DNA from: Octopus vulgaris
Lineage: Eukaryota
Assembly: GCA_951406725.2 (NCBI GenBank)
Contig: OX597817.1
Coordinates: forward strand, 141,050,001-141,114,000
Direction of reading: 5' to 3'
DNA length: 64,000 nt
The notes under the pieces: generated by a model
Told to the model about the DNA's origin: nothing
The model's database searches: none
What the model saw: the letters and a program-made list of their open reading frames with translations, nothing else
Part shown: piece after piece, positions 14,230 to 26,720 of the stretch
Numbering within the stretch: position 1 is the stretch's first letter
Layout: every line of letters begins with the position of its first letter
Program-made: the position numbers and the translations under genes

Positions 14230-14520
14230 TAAAAGTAAATCCAAAATGAAGTAATTCAAGAACAGAGTGCAGTGAACATGATCACAAAATACCAAAAGCA
14301 AAAGTCCCACTGTGCTGGACACAATGTAAGATTCACAGACACAGGTTGACCCATGCAGCCACCAAGTGATATGCAAGAGATTGGAAAAGGCCAATTGGAA
14401 GGTCTCTACAATGATGGGAAGACAATTTAGTTAAATGATTCAGGCCAAGATGGAAAAGAATGACACAGCCAAGAAACAATTGGAGACAGTGTGACCAGCA
14501 GTGTACAACATCCAAATATC
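14230..14520 (+). mobile_element. Fragment of a different RTE-clade LINE C-terminus
   Basis: Decayed AGH..R..D..T.AAT..Y.RDWKRPIGR..WED pattern. Confidence 0.6.
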
Positions 14521-14773
14521 TTGTTGATACAGGTTATCCCTCTCTCTCTTTCGGAGAGGCACTGAGCAGCTATACGCACACATACACACACGGCAGTAAC
14601 TTCCACCTACCAAATTCAATCACAAAGCTCCAGTCGGCTCGGGGCTATAGTGGAAGACACCTACCCAAAGTGCCACGCAGTGGGACTGAACCCGAAACCA
14701 TGCAGCTAGGAAGCAAGCTCCCTAACCACACAGCCATGCCCGCGCCTACTATATATATATATATATATATTTA

Positions 14774-14949
14774 TAGTCATACGATATAGTGTATATATAA
14801 ACACATAAGGAATCCACTTATAGGGATTCCACACGCTAGAAAGAACAGCTAGGTTCTATAACCACAAAACCTAGCTGTTCTTTCTAGCGTGTGGAATCCC
14901 TATAAGTGGATTCCTCATGTGTTTAAATATACACTATATCGTATGACTA
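14774..14949. repeat. Near-perfect palindrome with 82-bp arms and a 12-nt loop
   Basis: 14774-14855 and 14868-14949 are reverse complements with 2 mismatches. Confidence 0.95.
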
Positions 14950-15074
14950 ATATATAGTCTTTTTGACTAAATTGTTTTACACGTCAGACCACTGGAAATG
15001 CAAATTTTAATTAATTTCCATTTCCCTTTGATATGATTATATATACATGCACACGCACGCACACACGCGCGCGT

Positions 15075-15128
<54 letters not shown>

Positions 15129-15209
15129 TACAGCTAATAAAATATTAATTTCTGTCATTAGTTGACTGATATATTTTAAATAACTTTTGAAAGAGCAAAA
15201 ATAATAATG

Positions 15210-15251
<42 letters not shown>

Positions 15252-15253
<2 letters not shown>

Positions 15254-16240
15254 GAACAAACGTTAAGGACAACTATGTGAAGAGCAGAATAGGCAATACT
15301 ACCAACAGCAACAGATGCAGAACGTGTGGTGAGAGGTGGTGGAATGGTATGGCACATTATTAGAGAATGCCCAAAACTGGCACAACATGAATACAAAAGA
15401 TGGCATGACAACGTGGCAAGAGTGATGCATTGGGTGGCCTGTGGAAATCAAAGCCTACAAAGAGCAAAGACATGGTATGAGAAAACTCCAGAAGGGGTCA
15501 CCAAGAATGAGAATTGCAAAATCCTGTGGAATACAAGGATTCAGTGCGATCCCCTGACCAAACATCGGAAACCGGACATTGTCGTGGTGAAACGAAAAGA
15601 AAGAACACGCATGATAATTGACATAACATGGTCCGGTGACAACAGGATTAAAAGAGAAAGAAGAAAAAAATAAACAAATGATCATTACCAACGTCGCCTT
15701 ACTGGCACCTGTGCTGGTGACACATGTAAAAAGATTCAAGCGAGGTCATTGCCAGTACCGCCTGACTGGCACGTAAAAAGCACCCACTACACTCTTGGAG
15801 TGGTTGGCGTTAGGAAGGGCATCCAGCTGTAGAAACGCTGCCAGATCAGACTGGAGCCTGGTGCAGCCATCTGGTTTGCCAGCCCTCAGTCATTCGTCCA
15901 ACCCATGCTAGCATGGAAAGCGGACGTTAAACGATGATGATGATGATTTGAAGTGGGAAACAGGAAGGTTGTGGTCAATGAGGGGAGTAGATGTGATACC
16001 AGTAGTGACTGGCATGCTTGGAAGTATCAGCACTCAACTACCAACATAGCTGAAAAAAGATTGGTACAAGTGTGAAGATAGAAAACCTACAAAAATCAGC
16101 ATTGCTTGGATCTGCAAGAATTCTTCCCGGGGTTCTTGAAACATGACCAGTACATGAGTGTCACCTTAGTCTGCTGGCTGTGGACAGCTGACACTTTCCA
16201 TCATACCCAGCAAAATAAACTGTGAGTTTTCATCACATAA
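15252..16240 (+). mobile_element. Restriction-like endonuclease retrotransposon 3' fragment, interrupted by an RTE end
   Basis: CRTC..WHIIRECPKLAQHEYKRWHDNVA and RKPDIVV. It resumes after 15947 with LWSMRGVDVIPVV and LQKSALLGSARIL, and starts at a (TAA)n tract. Confidence 0.88.
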
Positions 16241-16307
16241 TCATCATCATCATTGTTTAACGTCTGCTTTCTACGCTAGCATGGGTTGGATGGTTTGACT
16301 GGAGACT

Positions 16308-16540
16308 AGGGCGGCGAGCTGGCAGAAACGTTAGCATGCCGGGCAAAATGCGTAGCTGTATTTCGTCTGCCATTACATTCTGAGTTCAAATTCTGTCGAG
16401 GTCGACTTTGCCTTTCATCCTTTTGGGGTCGATAAATTAAGTACCAGTAACGCACTGGGGTCGATGTACTCGACTTAATCTGTTTGTCTGTCCTTGTTTG
16501 TCCCCTCTGTGTTTAGCCCCTTGTGGGTAGTAAAGAAATA
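16308..16540 (+). mobile_element. tRNA-headed SINE, family C, with a 16-bp TSD, inserted in an RTE end
   Basis: ggcggcgagctggcagaaacgttagc...gagttcaaattc, flanked by ggtttgactggagact / ggtttaactggggact. Other copies lie at about 8388-8615-, 27792-28020+, 59411-59795- and 61120-61340+. Confidence 0.85.
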
Positions 16541-16869
16541 GGTTTAACTGGGGACTGACAAGCCATTAGGCTGCACCAGGCTCCAATCTGATCTGGCAAG
16601 GTTTCTACAGTTGGAGGCCCTTCCTAATGCTAACCACTCCAAAAGTCTAATGGGTACCTTTTATGTGCCATGGGCACGGAAGCCAGTCAGGGGGCACTGG
16701 CATCGGCCACGTTTGGACAGTGCATTTTACATGCCACCAGCATGGGAGCCAGTCAGGGATCACTGGCATCAAGCCAGTGCTTTTTATGTGCCACTGGCAT
16801 GGGAGCCAGTCATAATAATGATAATAAGCATTCACAAGATAGGATAACTATTTTAGGGCTCCCCAAAAA

Positions 16870-17480
16870 TGTGTAAGCTTTTTCTATTACTTCGAACTAT
16901 AAAATCGTCTATATGTTTGCTAAAACTTTGAGATGTTTATAGATTATTTTAACTATGATATGATGTTCCATAGATACAATTCTTTTATTGTAAATGAGAT
17001 GTGATATTTTATAGATAGATAACTAGTTTTGTTAAAACTGAGATGTTGTTCATGAATTTCTATATCTTACCTATGCAATGTCTGTGTCGATGCTCCTCTC
17101 AAAATTCTCGATTTCTATACATAAATTTGCCCCACACTGGAATTTTGGTGAGTTTATCTGCTTCCTCTTCAACCCCACTTTCATTCTCTCCCTCCTCCCC
17201 CACTCAGTTTTTCGGTGCTGGATGACTATTTTACAGCCCATCAAAACTGTGTAAGCCTTTTCTATTACTTCAAACAACGAAATTGTCTATATGTTTGCTA
17301 AAACTTTGAGATGTTTATAGATGTTTCTGAACAACTGTGACGTCCCATAAATAGATTCCTTTATTGTAAATACAATGTGATGTTTTATAGATAGATTACC
17401 ATAGTTTTGTTAAAACTTTGAGATGTTCATAAATTTCTATATCTTAGCTGTTATGTCCAATGTTTCAATGCTCCTCCTGC
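16870..17480. repeat. Diverged tandem duplication, period about 380 bp
   Basis: tgtgtaagc.ttttctattacttc...tatgtttgctaaaactttgagatgtttatag occurs at about 16870 and 17248. Confidence 0.8.
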
Positions 17481-17696
17481 TCACCCCCACTCCACCGCCA
17501 GGCATGTCAACTACCAGTCCAATCAAACAGCTTGTATTAGTAGACAAACCCACTATTCTACTTAGCACCACAGTATCATCAGTAGCTGAACCAACAGCCA
17601 TAAATCTGCCATCATTTGTTGTCTAAAGAAATCAGGGGAGACAATATTAGGACCTCTAAGTCTTATAATAATAATATAATAATAATAATAATAATA

Positions 17697-18376
17697 GTGA
17701 AACTATAGTAGTGAACAAGTAAATAATAAGATAGGAATTATAGTAGTGACAATGAAATTATAATAGTGAACAAGTAAATACTGAGAATGATTAACAAGTA
17801 GTATTGCAAAAAGTCGTCAGTGACTAAATTGGCAACCACACTAAGCTCACTTGGTGAGGACAGTGGATGCTCAATGCCCTGTGGGGTTAGAAACAAAACC
17901 CGACAAAGAGCAAAGGAACTCGCGAGCCTTGGTTGACAGTCTGTCTAGGAGAAGGAACACTCTGATTTAAAACTGGGGTTGATAGGACTCCTTAGTCAGA
18001 CTGATGACAACAACAGCTCCATGCCTGAGACGAAAACGAATGGACCATAAACTGGGACATAATTTCAGAGCAAAATTTGGATGAAGATACAGAACCAACT
18101 GATGCTCACCTGTCCCCTAAAGAGAATCATGATCATGGACCCCAACACACAGAGAAATCCAAAAGGTTTGTACTGACAAGTACTGCCCACATCCTAAGAA
18201 AAATCCTATGCATTTAAATGTCTGTATTGTATTACATGAATATATTTCACTATTGCCCCTGCCACTCCCTGTTTCCAAGCTTTCAGTAATACTGCAATAT
18301 CTCTGATCCTTCACTCACCCCAGGACACTGGGTGTGTCTCAGCAAGTGTTTGTAACAGACATACAGATTAGAAGTA

Positions 18377-18377
<1 letters not shown>
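17697..18377 (+). mobile_element. Internally deleted R4/Dong-like derivative (5' UTR-like part plus ORF end and 3' UTR)
   Basis: It lies between two (TAA)n tracts. 18150-18215 is a frameshifted EIQK..LTSTAHILRKIL, like the C-terminus of the neighbouring element. Confidence 0.6.
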
Positions 18378-18418
<41 letters not shown>

Positions 18419-18422
<4 letters not shown>

Positions 18423-19918
18423 GTTAATCATTCTCGGTATTCAGCATGCAAGCATGAAAGAGAAGATCAGGAAGGAATGTTATAGGAGAGTTCGTGCAGT
18501 CCTGAAATCTGAACTAAATGCACGTAACAAGGTGTTAGCAATAAATTCTTTAGCAGTTCCAGTTGTTACTTATAGCTACAATGTGTTGAACTGGAATATG
18601 AGTGAAGTAAAGAATATAGACAGGAAAATACGCAAGCTGCTGAGTTGTAATAGGATGCACCACCCAAAGGCAGACGTAGATCGCCTTTACCTTCCCAGAG
18701 CCCAAGGAGGTCGAGGCCTGATCCAATTTGAACTAGCTTACAAAACAACCACAATTGGACTGGCCAAATATCTTGAAATAACGAATGACTGGATGCTAAA
18801 GCTCGTGGAAAACCATGAGAGACGAAAGAAGCTTCATTCTATCATAAAGGAAAGCAAAAAATTTGCTATTGATCTCGTGCAGGATACCCAAACTGAACAA
18901 CCCGAGGGAAGTATGGCAACTATTGTTGCAAAGAAGGTGAAAATAATGGCAATGAAAAAAGCGCACGAGCAATTGGCTGATAGGTGGGAGGAGAAACCTC
19001 TGCACGGCAAATATGTGGCCCGCAGCAAACAAGCTGATGTTGACCAGAAGCAAACCCATCAGTGGCTACGGAGCTCAGGGCTAAAAGCAGAGAGCAAAGG
19101 TTTCATCCTGGCTGCTCAAGATCAAAGCCTATTAACCCGGAACTACCAGGCCAATGTGATGAAAAATGGAGCAGACCCAAAATGCCGATTCTGCAATGAC
19201 ATGATTGAAACAGTGGACCACCTAATCTCTGGATGTAAAGTCTTAGCACCAGTGGAATATAAATTAAGACATGACAGAGTTGGCCAATATCTACACTGGC
19301 TAATAAGTCGGCATTACAATATCAAAACTGCCCACAAGTGGTATAATCACCACCCTGAGGCTGTAACTGAAGGAGAAAATGTAACGATTCTGTGGGACTT
19401 TCCAGTACATACAGACCGAACCATCAAGGCCAATAAACCAGATATTGTTGTGAAAGACCAAAACAATAAAGTTTACTTATTGATCAACATGAGCATCCCC
19501 TGTGATCATAATATCTCAGCGAAAGAGTTTGACAAGCTCAGAAAATATAAAGACCTACTCATTGAAATTGAGAAAATGTGGCATCTCAAGGCAGTTACAA
19601 TACCAGTGATCGTAGGAGCACTAGGAATGATCAAGAAGGGAACCGAAAATTATATGAGAATGATCCCTGGCTTACCATCCTTGCAAGAAGTGCAAAAGAT
19701 TGTCTTAACTGGTACATCACACGTATTGAGAAGAGCATTGTCGATGTGAGAATTATTACTACCCATGTATTTTAATTTAACTTAAAAAAAAAAAAAAATG
19801 AACAAACTATTGAGTTTAGTTTAATGGCCTACCAATGTATACTATGAGTTTCTTTGCCCTAGGAGTCAGGAAGACACTTGGCAAGAAATGGAAGCAAATT
19901 TGAAAGAAGAAAAAAAAA
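18419..19918 (+). mobile_element. R4/Dong-like non-LTR retrotransposon, 5'-truncated, with CCHC finger and restriction-like endonuclease
   Basis: The 442-aa ORF at 18421-19749 contains RLYLPRAQGGRGL, CRFC..ETVDHLISGC, RHD, KPDIV and KLRKYKDL. It is bounded by (TAA)n on both sides. Confidence 0.93.
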
Positions 19919-20147
19919 GTAATAATAATAATAATAATAATGACAATGATTTCTTTTAATAATAATAGTAATAAAGTACTGATTTCTCTCAAACAATAAT
20001 TACACTTTATTATACATAATTTCAAACATTTATCTGATTGTTATTGGTCTTACATTCTTGAAAAGTTGAAGTCTATTACTTTTCCAGTAAATTTCAGCAT
20101 TCATAAATGACAGTTTTATAAAAAAAAAAGCCAAAAATATGACTTAC

Positions 20148-20327
20148 CAAATTATCTCGAGCACAAGTAATTAGAACTGGTGGTCCAAAGATACGCTTTT
20201 TCTCACGATAAAGTTGGCGAAAAACTTCATTTTCAAAATTATCAAGAATGAAGATGTATTCAAAATCAGGGAATTTTGCTGGAATATCTTGGCCGGTGTC
20301 TGAGTAGATGACTGGGTGACTAAAATA
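20148..20327 (-). CDS. ECT2: ECT2-like coding exon 4 (YFSHPVIYSDTGQDIPAKFPDFEYIFILDNFENEVFRQLYREKKRIFGPPVLITCARDNL)
   Basis: tttctttctaaag| 180-nt open exon |gtaagt, phase 0-0. FEYIFILDNFENEVFRQLYREKKRIFGPPVLITC resembles ECT2 FENVFVVTDFQDSVFNDLYKADCRVIGPPVVLNC (recalled, not aligned). I did not find downstream exons in the window. Confidence 0.9.
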
Positions 20328-21376
20328 CTTTAGAAAGAAAAAAAGGAAAATATTAAAAATGTTATAAAGATGAGGTTGTAGAAGTTAATGACATGAGTAA
20401 ATATCTCAACAAACTGACATCTCTTTTGAAGGCAAGGATGAGCAGCACTTGGCAAATTTAGCGATAATAGGGAAGATGACGACTTCTCAGCTAGTTAGGA
20501 GGATACCAGTCATCATCATTTAACATCCATCTTCCATGCAGCTATGGCTTGGACACTTCATCAGGAACTGAGAAGTAAGACAATTGCACCAAGCTCCAAT
20601 TGTCTGTTTTGACATGGTTTTTACAGCTGGATGCCTTTCCTAATGCCAACCACTCTACAGATTGTACTGGGTGTGTGTGTGTGTTTTTATACCATCCACA
20701 CAAGTGAACATCATCTCGGTTACAAGGCTAAGTGATTAAAATAGCCCCTATAAGAGAGGAAGAATAGAAGAGAGAATAGGCAAGGTGGATGAGAGAAAGG
20801 AAAATGAAAGAAGCAGGTTTATAACTGCAATTTGGTGTAATAGGGAGACCAAGGGTAGTAGTTGTTACCCTATAAGAGAACTCGGAAGGTTGGACCTCCA
20901 ATCAGGCCTTTCATGATACCTTTAAAGCCACAAACTTCTCAGCAGCACCTTGTATATACATAAACACACACATAAATATACATACATACATCCACATACG
21001 AGAAGGTGCTGCAAGAGTTCTGGCTTTCAGGGTATCATGAAAGGCCTGGTTGGAGACCCAACCTTCCAAGTTCTTTTATAGGGCTTAGAAAAACTGAAGG
21101 TTTACTGCAATGAGTATGTGAATCAGAGGGAAGATTATATGTGGAACAAAATCATAATTCACTGATCCTCCTGTATTTTCTTTTACACAAAACCAAGAAC
21201 TTTTCAGCACCCCCATGTTTATATAAAACATCATCATCATCATTTAACGTCCACTTTCCATGCTAGCATGGGTTGGACAATTTGACTGAGGACTGGCGAA
21301 CCAGATGGCTGCGCCAGGCTCCAATCTGATGTGGCAGAGTTTCTACAGCTGGATGCCCTTCCTAACACCAACCACT

Positions 21377-24165
21377 AGCCAAATTGACTACATCCTCACC
21401 AGGAAAAGGGTAAGATGGCTTCTTATAAATACCAAAACTTTCCCACGTGAAGAATGTACCCCACAACATAGACTAGTAGTTAGCGACTTTAGGATCAGGG
21501 CTAAATGGATGCCCAGAAGACAACCAGGATGGAGGAGAAGGGTCTGGAAGCTTATAGATCCTGTGAATGGACAGAGATTTAGAGACATGTTACTTGAAAC
21601 CTTTGACAAAATAGAAGGGGATATAGCTTCACACGATGTAGAAGACAACTAGAGGTTTCTATGAGACAACCTGCTGAGGGCCACTGACCAGATCTGTGGA
21701 AAATGCAAAGTCCCTTCTCGACCCAAAATAATGTGGTGGTGGAACAATGTTGTTGACAGGGCTATTAGAGAAAAGAAACAGGCTTGGAAGGACTGGAAGA
21801 ATGGTGGTCGCAGAGAATTGTATCAGACTGCCAGAAGGGAAGCAGATAAGGAAAAATTTGCCAATGTTCTATGCCATGAGGACCAAAGACTTGGGGTATT
21901 TCGTGTTGCAAGACAGTGTGTGAGAGAAAATCGTGATGTCGTAGAATAGAAATGTATTTGCATGGATGATGGTTCACTTGCACTAAATGAGGCCGCAAAG
22001 AGAGAGGTTTTGAGACACCACTCAGAAAGGTTGCTCAATAAAGAACATGAATGGGAGAAAGAGAGTCTGCCATATGTCAACCCCACAGAGGGAACAGCTA
22101 TCCAAATTGACAGTGCCTTGGTAGATAAAGCAATTAAGGGTATGAAGGCAGGGAAAGCCCCTGGCCCATCAGAAATCACTGCAGAGGTGCTCAAAATATC
22201 TGGCGGTGTTGGCTATAGCCTAGTCACCCATATAGTTAACCAGGTGATACACGAAGGAGTCATACCCAATGACTGGAGTAGAAGCACCATTGTCAACTGC
22301 TACAAAAGTAAAGATGATGCTTCAGATACAAATAATTACAGAGGTATCAAGTTGTTGGATCAGGTAATGAAGGTCACGGAGAGGGTCATAGCCCAACTAA
22401 TTAGGGAGAGAGTCAGTTTAGATGAGATGCAGTTTGGGTTCGTGCCAGGGAAAAGCACCACCGATGCTGTATTTCTGGTAAGACAGCTGCAAGAGAAGTA
22501 CCTAGCCAAAGATAAACCTCTGTACCTGGCTTTCGTTGACATGGAGAAAGCCTTTGACAGGGTCCCCCAATCCCATATCTGGTGGTCAATGAGGAAACTA
22601 GGGATAAATGAATGGTTAGTGAGAGCTGTGCGATCCATGTACAGGGACACTGTCAGTAAGGTGAGGGTTAGCAACGGGTACAGTGAAGAATTCTGGGTAG
22701 AGGTAGGGGTCCAACAAGGTTCAGTCCTCAGACCCTCCTATTTATCATAGTCCTCAAGGCAATAACAGAGAAATTCAAGACAGAATGCCCCTGGGAGCTC
22801 CTCTATGCTGACGACCTTGCTCTAATTGCTGAGTCACTATCAGAACTAGAGAAGTTTCAAGTGTAGAAGCAAGGATTAGAATCGAAGGGCCTTAGGGTCA
22901 ACCTAGCTAAAACCAAAGTCCTAATAAGTAAGAAGGCAGGAAAGCCACAAATCCCTTCAGGTAGATGGCCCTTCTTGATCTGTAGAAAAGGCGTAGGTAG
23001 AAACGCTATAACATGTACCCAGTGTAAGCTATGGACACGTAAGAGGTGCAGCAATATTAAAGGAAGGCTAACTGGGAAAATAGTTTTTGTATGTGGCAGA
23101 TGCTCAGGAGCAATAAACACTGAAAATGCTCAGAGACCAACTTCCGCCACATTCCAGGGAGAAAAACTAGAAATTGTTGATAGCTTCCGTTACCTAGGTG
23201 ACCAAGTCAGTAGTGGGGGAGGGTGTGCTGAAAGTGTAGCTGCTAGAATAAGAATAGCCTGGGCAAAGTTCAGAGAGCTCTTACCTCTGCTGGTGACAAA
23301 GGGCCTCTCACTCAGCGTAAAAGGTAGACTGTATGATGCATATATATGAACAGCCATGCTACATAGCAGTGAAACTTGGGCCGTGACTGCTGAGGACATG
23401 CGTAAGCTTACAAAGAATGAAGCCAGTATGATCCGACAGATGTGTAATGCCAGTGTGCATATTCGACAGAGTGTAAGTACCTTGAGAGGAAAGTTGGACC
23501 TAAGAAGCATCAGATGTGGTGTGCAAGAGAGACGCCTGCACTGGTTTGGTCATGTGGCGAGAATGGATGAGGATAGCTGTGTGAAAAAGTGCCACACCCT
23601 AGCGGTTGAGGGAACCTGTGGAAGAGGTAAACCCAGGAAGACTTGGGATGAGGTGGTGAAGCACAACCTGCGAACATTAGGCCTTACCGAGGCAATGACT
23701 AGTGACCGGGACTTTTGGAAATATGCTGTACTTAAGAAAACCTGGCAAACCAAGTGAGACCATAACCTTGTAGCCTAAGACAGGGGTGTAACCAGCTGAT
23801 TTATGCATACCTTTCCTTCATTGGACACTAAACTCTGCTTGCAAAGACCTGTTGAGGCAAGTGAAATCGAAATTAAATCAAATTCACAAATTCAATGACT
23901 GGCACCCATGCCAGTGGAGCGCTAAGAGCACCATTCGAGCATGATCGCTGCCAGACCAGCCGACTGGCTTCCATGCCAGTGGCACGTAAAAAGCACCATT
24001 CAAACGTGATTGTTACCAGCATCGCCTTACTGGCATGTAAAAAGACATTTGAGTGAGGTTGTTGCCAGTATCGCCGGACTGGCCCTCATGCTGGTAGCAT
24101 GTAAAAGCATACACTACACTCTCAGAATGGTTGGCATTAGGAAGGGCATCCAGCTGTTGAAACTC

Positions 24166-24170
<5 letters not shown>
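21377..24170 (+). mobile_element. RTE-clade LINE, 5'-truncated and decayed (APE end, RT, Cys-rich insert, 3' UTR)
   Basis: Peptides QIDYILTR, QHRLVV, NYRGIKLL, QFGFVPGKSTTDA, AFVDMEKAFDRVP, LYADDL and RRLHWFGHVARM, with several stops and frameshifts. Confidence 0.95.
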
Positions 24171-24227
<57 letters not shown>

Positions 24228-25309
24228 GCACTTATACATACATTCACTTTAATTACTAGCTTCTATGAATGAGTTCAAAAGAAGTTGCTAACCTATTTGC
24301 CATACAATTGAAATTAGTCCAACTAACTTAACACTAGAGGGAAATACTACAAGAGAACAGCATATCTTCAGATTAAATACTGTTTAATCCTGCTCAATAG
24401 TTAAAATTCATTCAATAATGATCTCACTAACAATGCCTGTAAACACTATTTCTTCTTTCTCCATACATATAACAAATAATATAGTGAAGTCAATATCTAA
24501 GTCAACCAACCAAAGGTGAAATAAAAACTTGAGTGAGTTTGAAATGTGTTATTGAATCAATAAAATGCTTTTAAGGTAGATCAAGTTTGTTTCTTTATTT
24601 AAAACCAGGACGTTGGGTGGGAAAATATGAAAATAAATCTCAGCTGCAAGAAAGAAACTAAACTAAGTTTCTCTATTTTTAAAGTCATTCAGCCAGTTAA
24701 ACAAGTTGTATTAGTATCTCACCACGCCACTTGGGTGGAATAACACAGACTGCTGAATGCTGACACGAAAAGTCGAGAGATGAAATGATCAACTGTCCTT
24801 TCCACAGTACTATTGCTGCTGATACAAACACTAAGAAGTTAAATCAAGTCTATACAAACTGTACTACTGCAAGACATATTATTCTATTTTCCCTAGTTAA
24901 TCTAACTATATATAACACCAGCATTCAAATGAGAAGAGTTGTCAATTGCATCAATAAGTATCTGTTAAAGAGTTTCTTTTTCAAAAAAATAAGAGAGAGA
25001 GCAGAGCCAAAGTAAAGTTGAGAGAACTCCTTGGTTTTGCTGAGGGCAAGACAACCTCTATGCTGCTGGTGCCACAACAAAGCACCCAAAACATTCTGTA
25101 AAGTGGTTAAGGTTACAAAGGGCACCCATGCCAAAACTAAGACACTGGAACAAAACATGTTCTGACTAATTGAATCCTGTCTATCCAACTCATGCCAACA
25201 TGGGAAAGGAGGAGGAAGAGGAGGGTGGTGGTGGTGGTGATCAAATATATGGATAGTGCAAAGACTCAACCAGACCTAGGGTGACATGGTGGTGGAACAG
25301 TGGAACAGA

Positions 25310-26720
25310 CAGTTCCATAAGAGCTTTTGACAGGGTCCTTGCTCTCTCATCTTGTGGTCAATGCAGAAGCTAGAGGTAGATGAGTGGCTGGTAACAGCCA
25401 CCCAAGCAACATAGAGGGATGCTTTCAGTAAGGTAAAAGTCAGTAATGGATATAGAAATGAATTTAGTGTATAAGGAGTTCACCAAGGATCGGTTTTCAG
25501 TCTCCAGGCCATTTTAGAGGAATTTAAAACTGGTTATCCATGGGAGCTCTTCTATGTTGATGACCTTGTTCTTACAGCTGAATCACTAGTTGAATTAATG
25601 AAGAAATTTCAGGTGTGGAAGCAGGGACTGGAATCAAAGAGCCTTGGAGTTGGAATTAATTTAGCAAAGATCAAAGTCGATGCCAGCACTGCCTTGACTG
25701 GCTTCCGTGCCTGTGGCACGTAAAAAGCACCAACCAATCGTGGCTGTTGCCAGCCTCCCCTGGCACCTGTGCCAGTGGCACGTAAAAAGCAACCACTACA
25801 CTCACGGAGTTGTTGGCGTTAGGAAGGGCATCCAGCTGTAGAAACACTGTAAGATCAGACTGGGCCTGGTGCAGCCTCCTGGCTTCCCAGACCCCGGTCG
25901 AACCATCCAACTCATGCTAGCATGGAAAACGGATGTTAAACAATGATGATGATGATGATGAAAGCAGACAAATTACTAATCCCATCGAGGAGATGGCCCT
26001 GCTTGATATGTACAAAAGATGTAGGTAGAAATTCCATATGGAGTGCCCAGTGCAAGCTATGGACACATAAGATCTTTGTGCGTGGCAGATGTGCAGGTAT
26101 AATAAACACTAAGAACGTACAGAGAACAGATTTCCTCAAACATCCGGGAGAATCTTTAGAAGTAGTAGATAGCTTCTGCTACTTAGGCTACCTAATTAGC
26201 AGTACAGGGGGATACTCTGAAAGCCTGGTTGCTAAAATAAGAATGGGCAGGGCACAATTCAGAGAGCTACAAAAAAAGGCCTCCTCCTAATAGTGAAAGG
26301 CAGATGGTATGAGGCCTGTGTGCAAACAGTCATCCTACATGGTAGTGAAACAAGGGCTGTGATTGCAGAGGAAATGCAAGGGCTTCAAAGAAATGTGGCC
26401 AGCATGCTCCCCTGAATATGCAATGTTGGTGTGCATGAATGACAAAGAGTGTTTTGATAGGAAATTGGGTATAAGAGACATTAGATATAGTGTGCTTGAG
26501 AGAAGATTACATTGGTATGGTCATGTGATGTGTATGGATGAAGACAATTGCATAATGTGCCAATTTCTAAATGTGGAGGAAACCTGTAGAAGAAGACCTA
26601 GGAAGACAAGGGACAAAATGGTGAGAAATGATCTACAAATGTTGTGTCTCGCAGAGGAGATGACAAAGGACTGAGGACAAGTACTAATTCGCTGAGCTTT
26701 AGAAGACCCATCCAGAAGAC
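25310..26720 (+). mobile_element. Older RTE LINE fragment interrupted by a younger RTE 3' end (25675-25961)
   Basis: RAFDRV, GVHQGS, LFYVDDLV, LEVVDSFCYLG and RRLHWYGHV. Confidence 0.88.

Noticed and set aside
1-20147. Next ECT2 exon (expected PLP..RPLY..CFTG)
   Set aside because: I did not find it by eye. LCLSCFTQL at about 10290-10318 has no acceptor or RPLY context, so the exon is probably outside the window.
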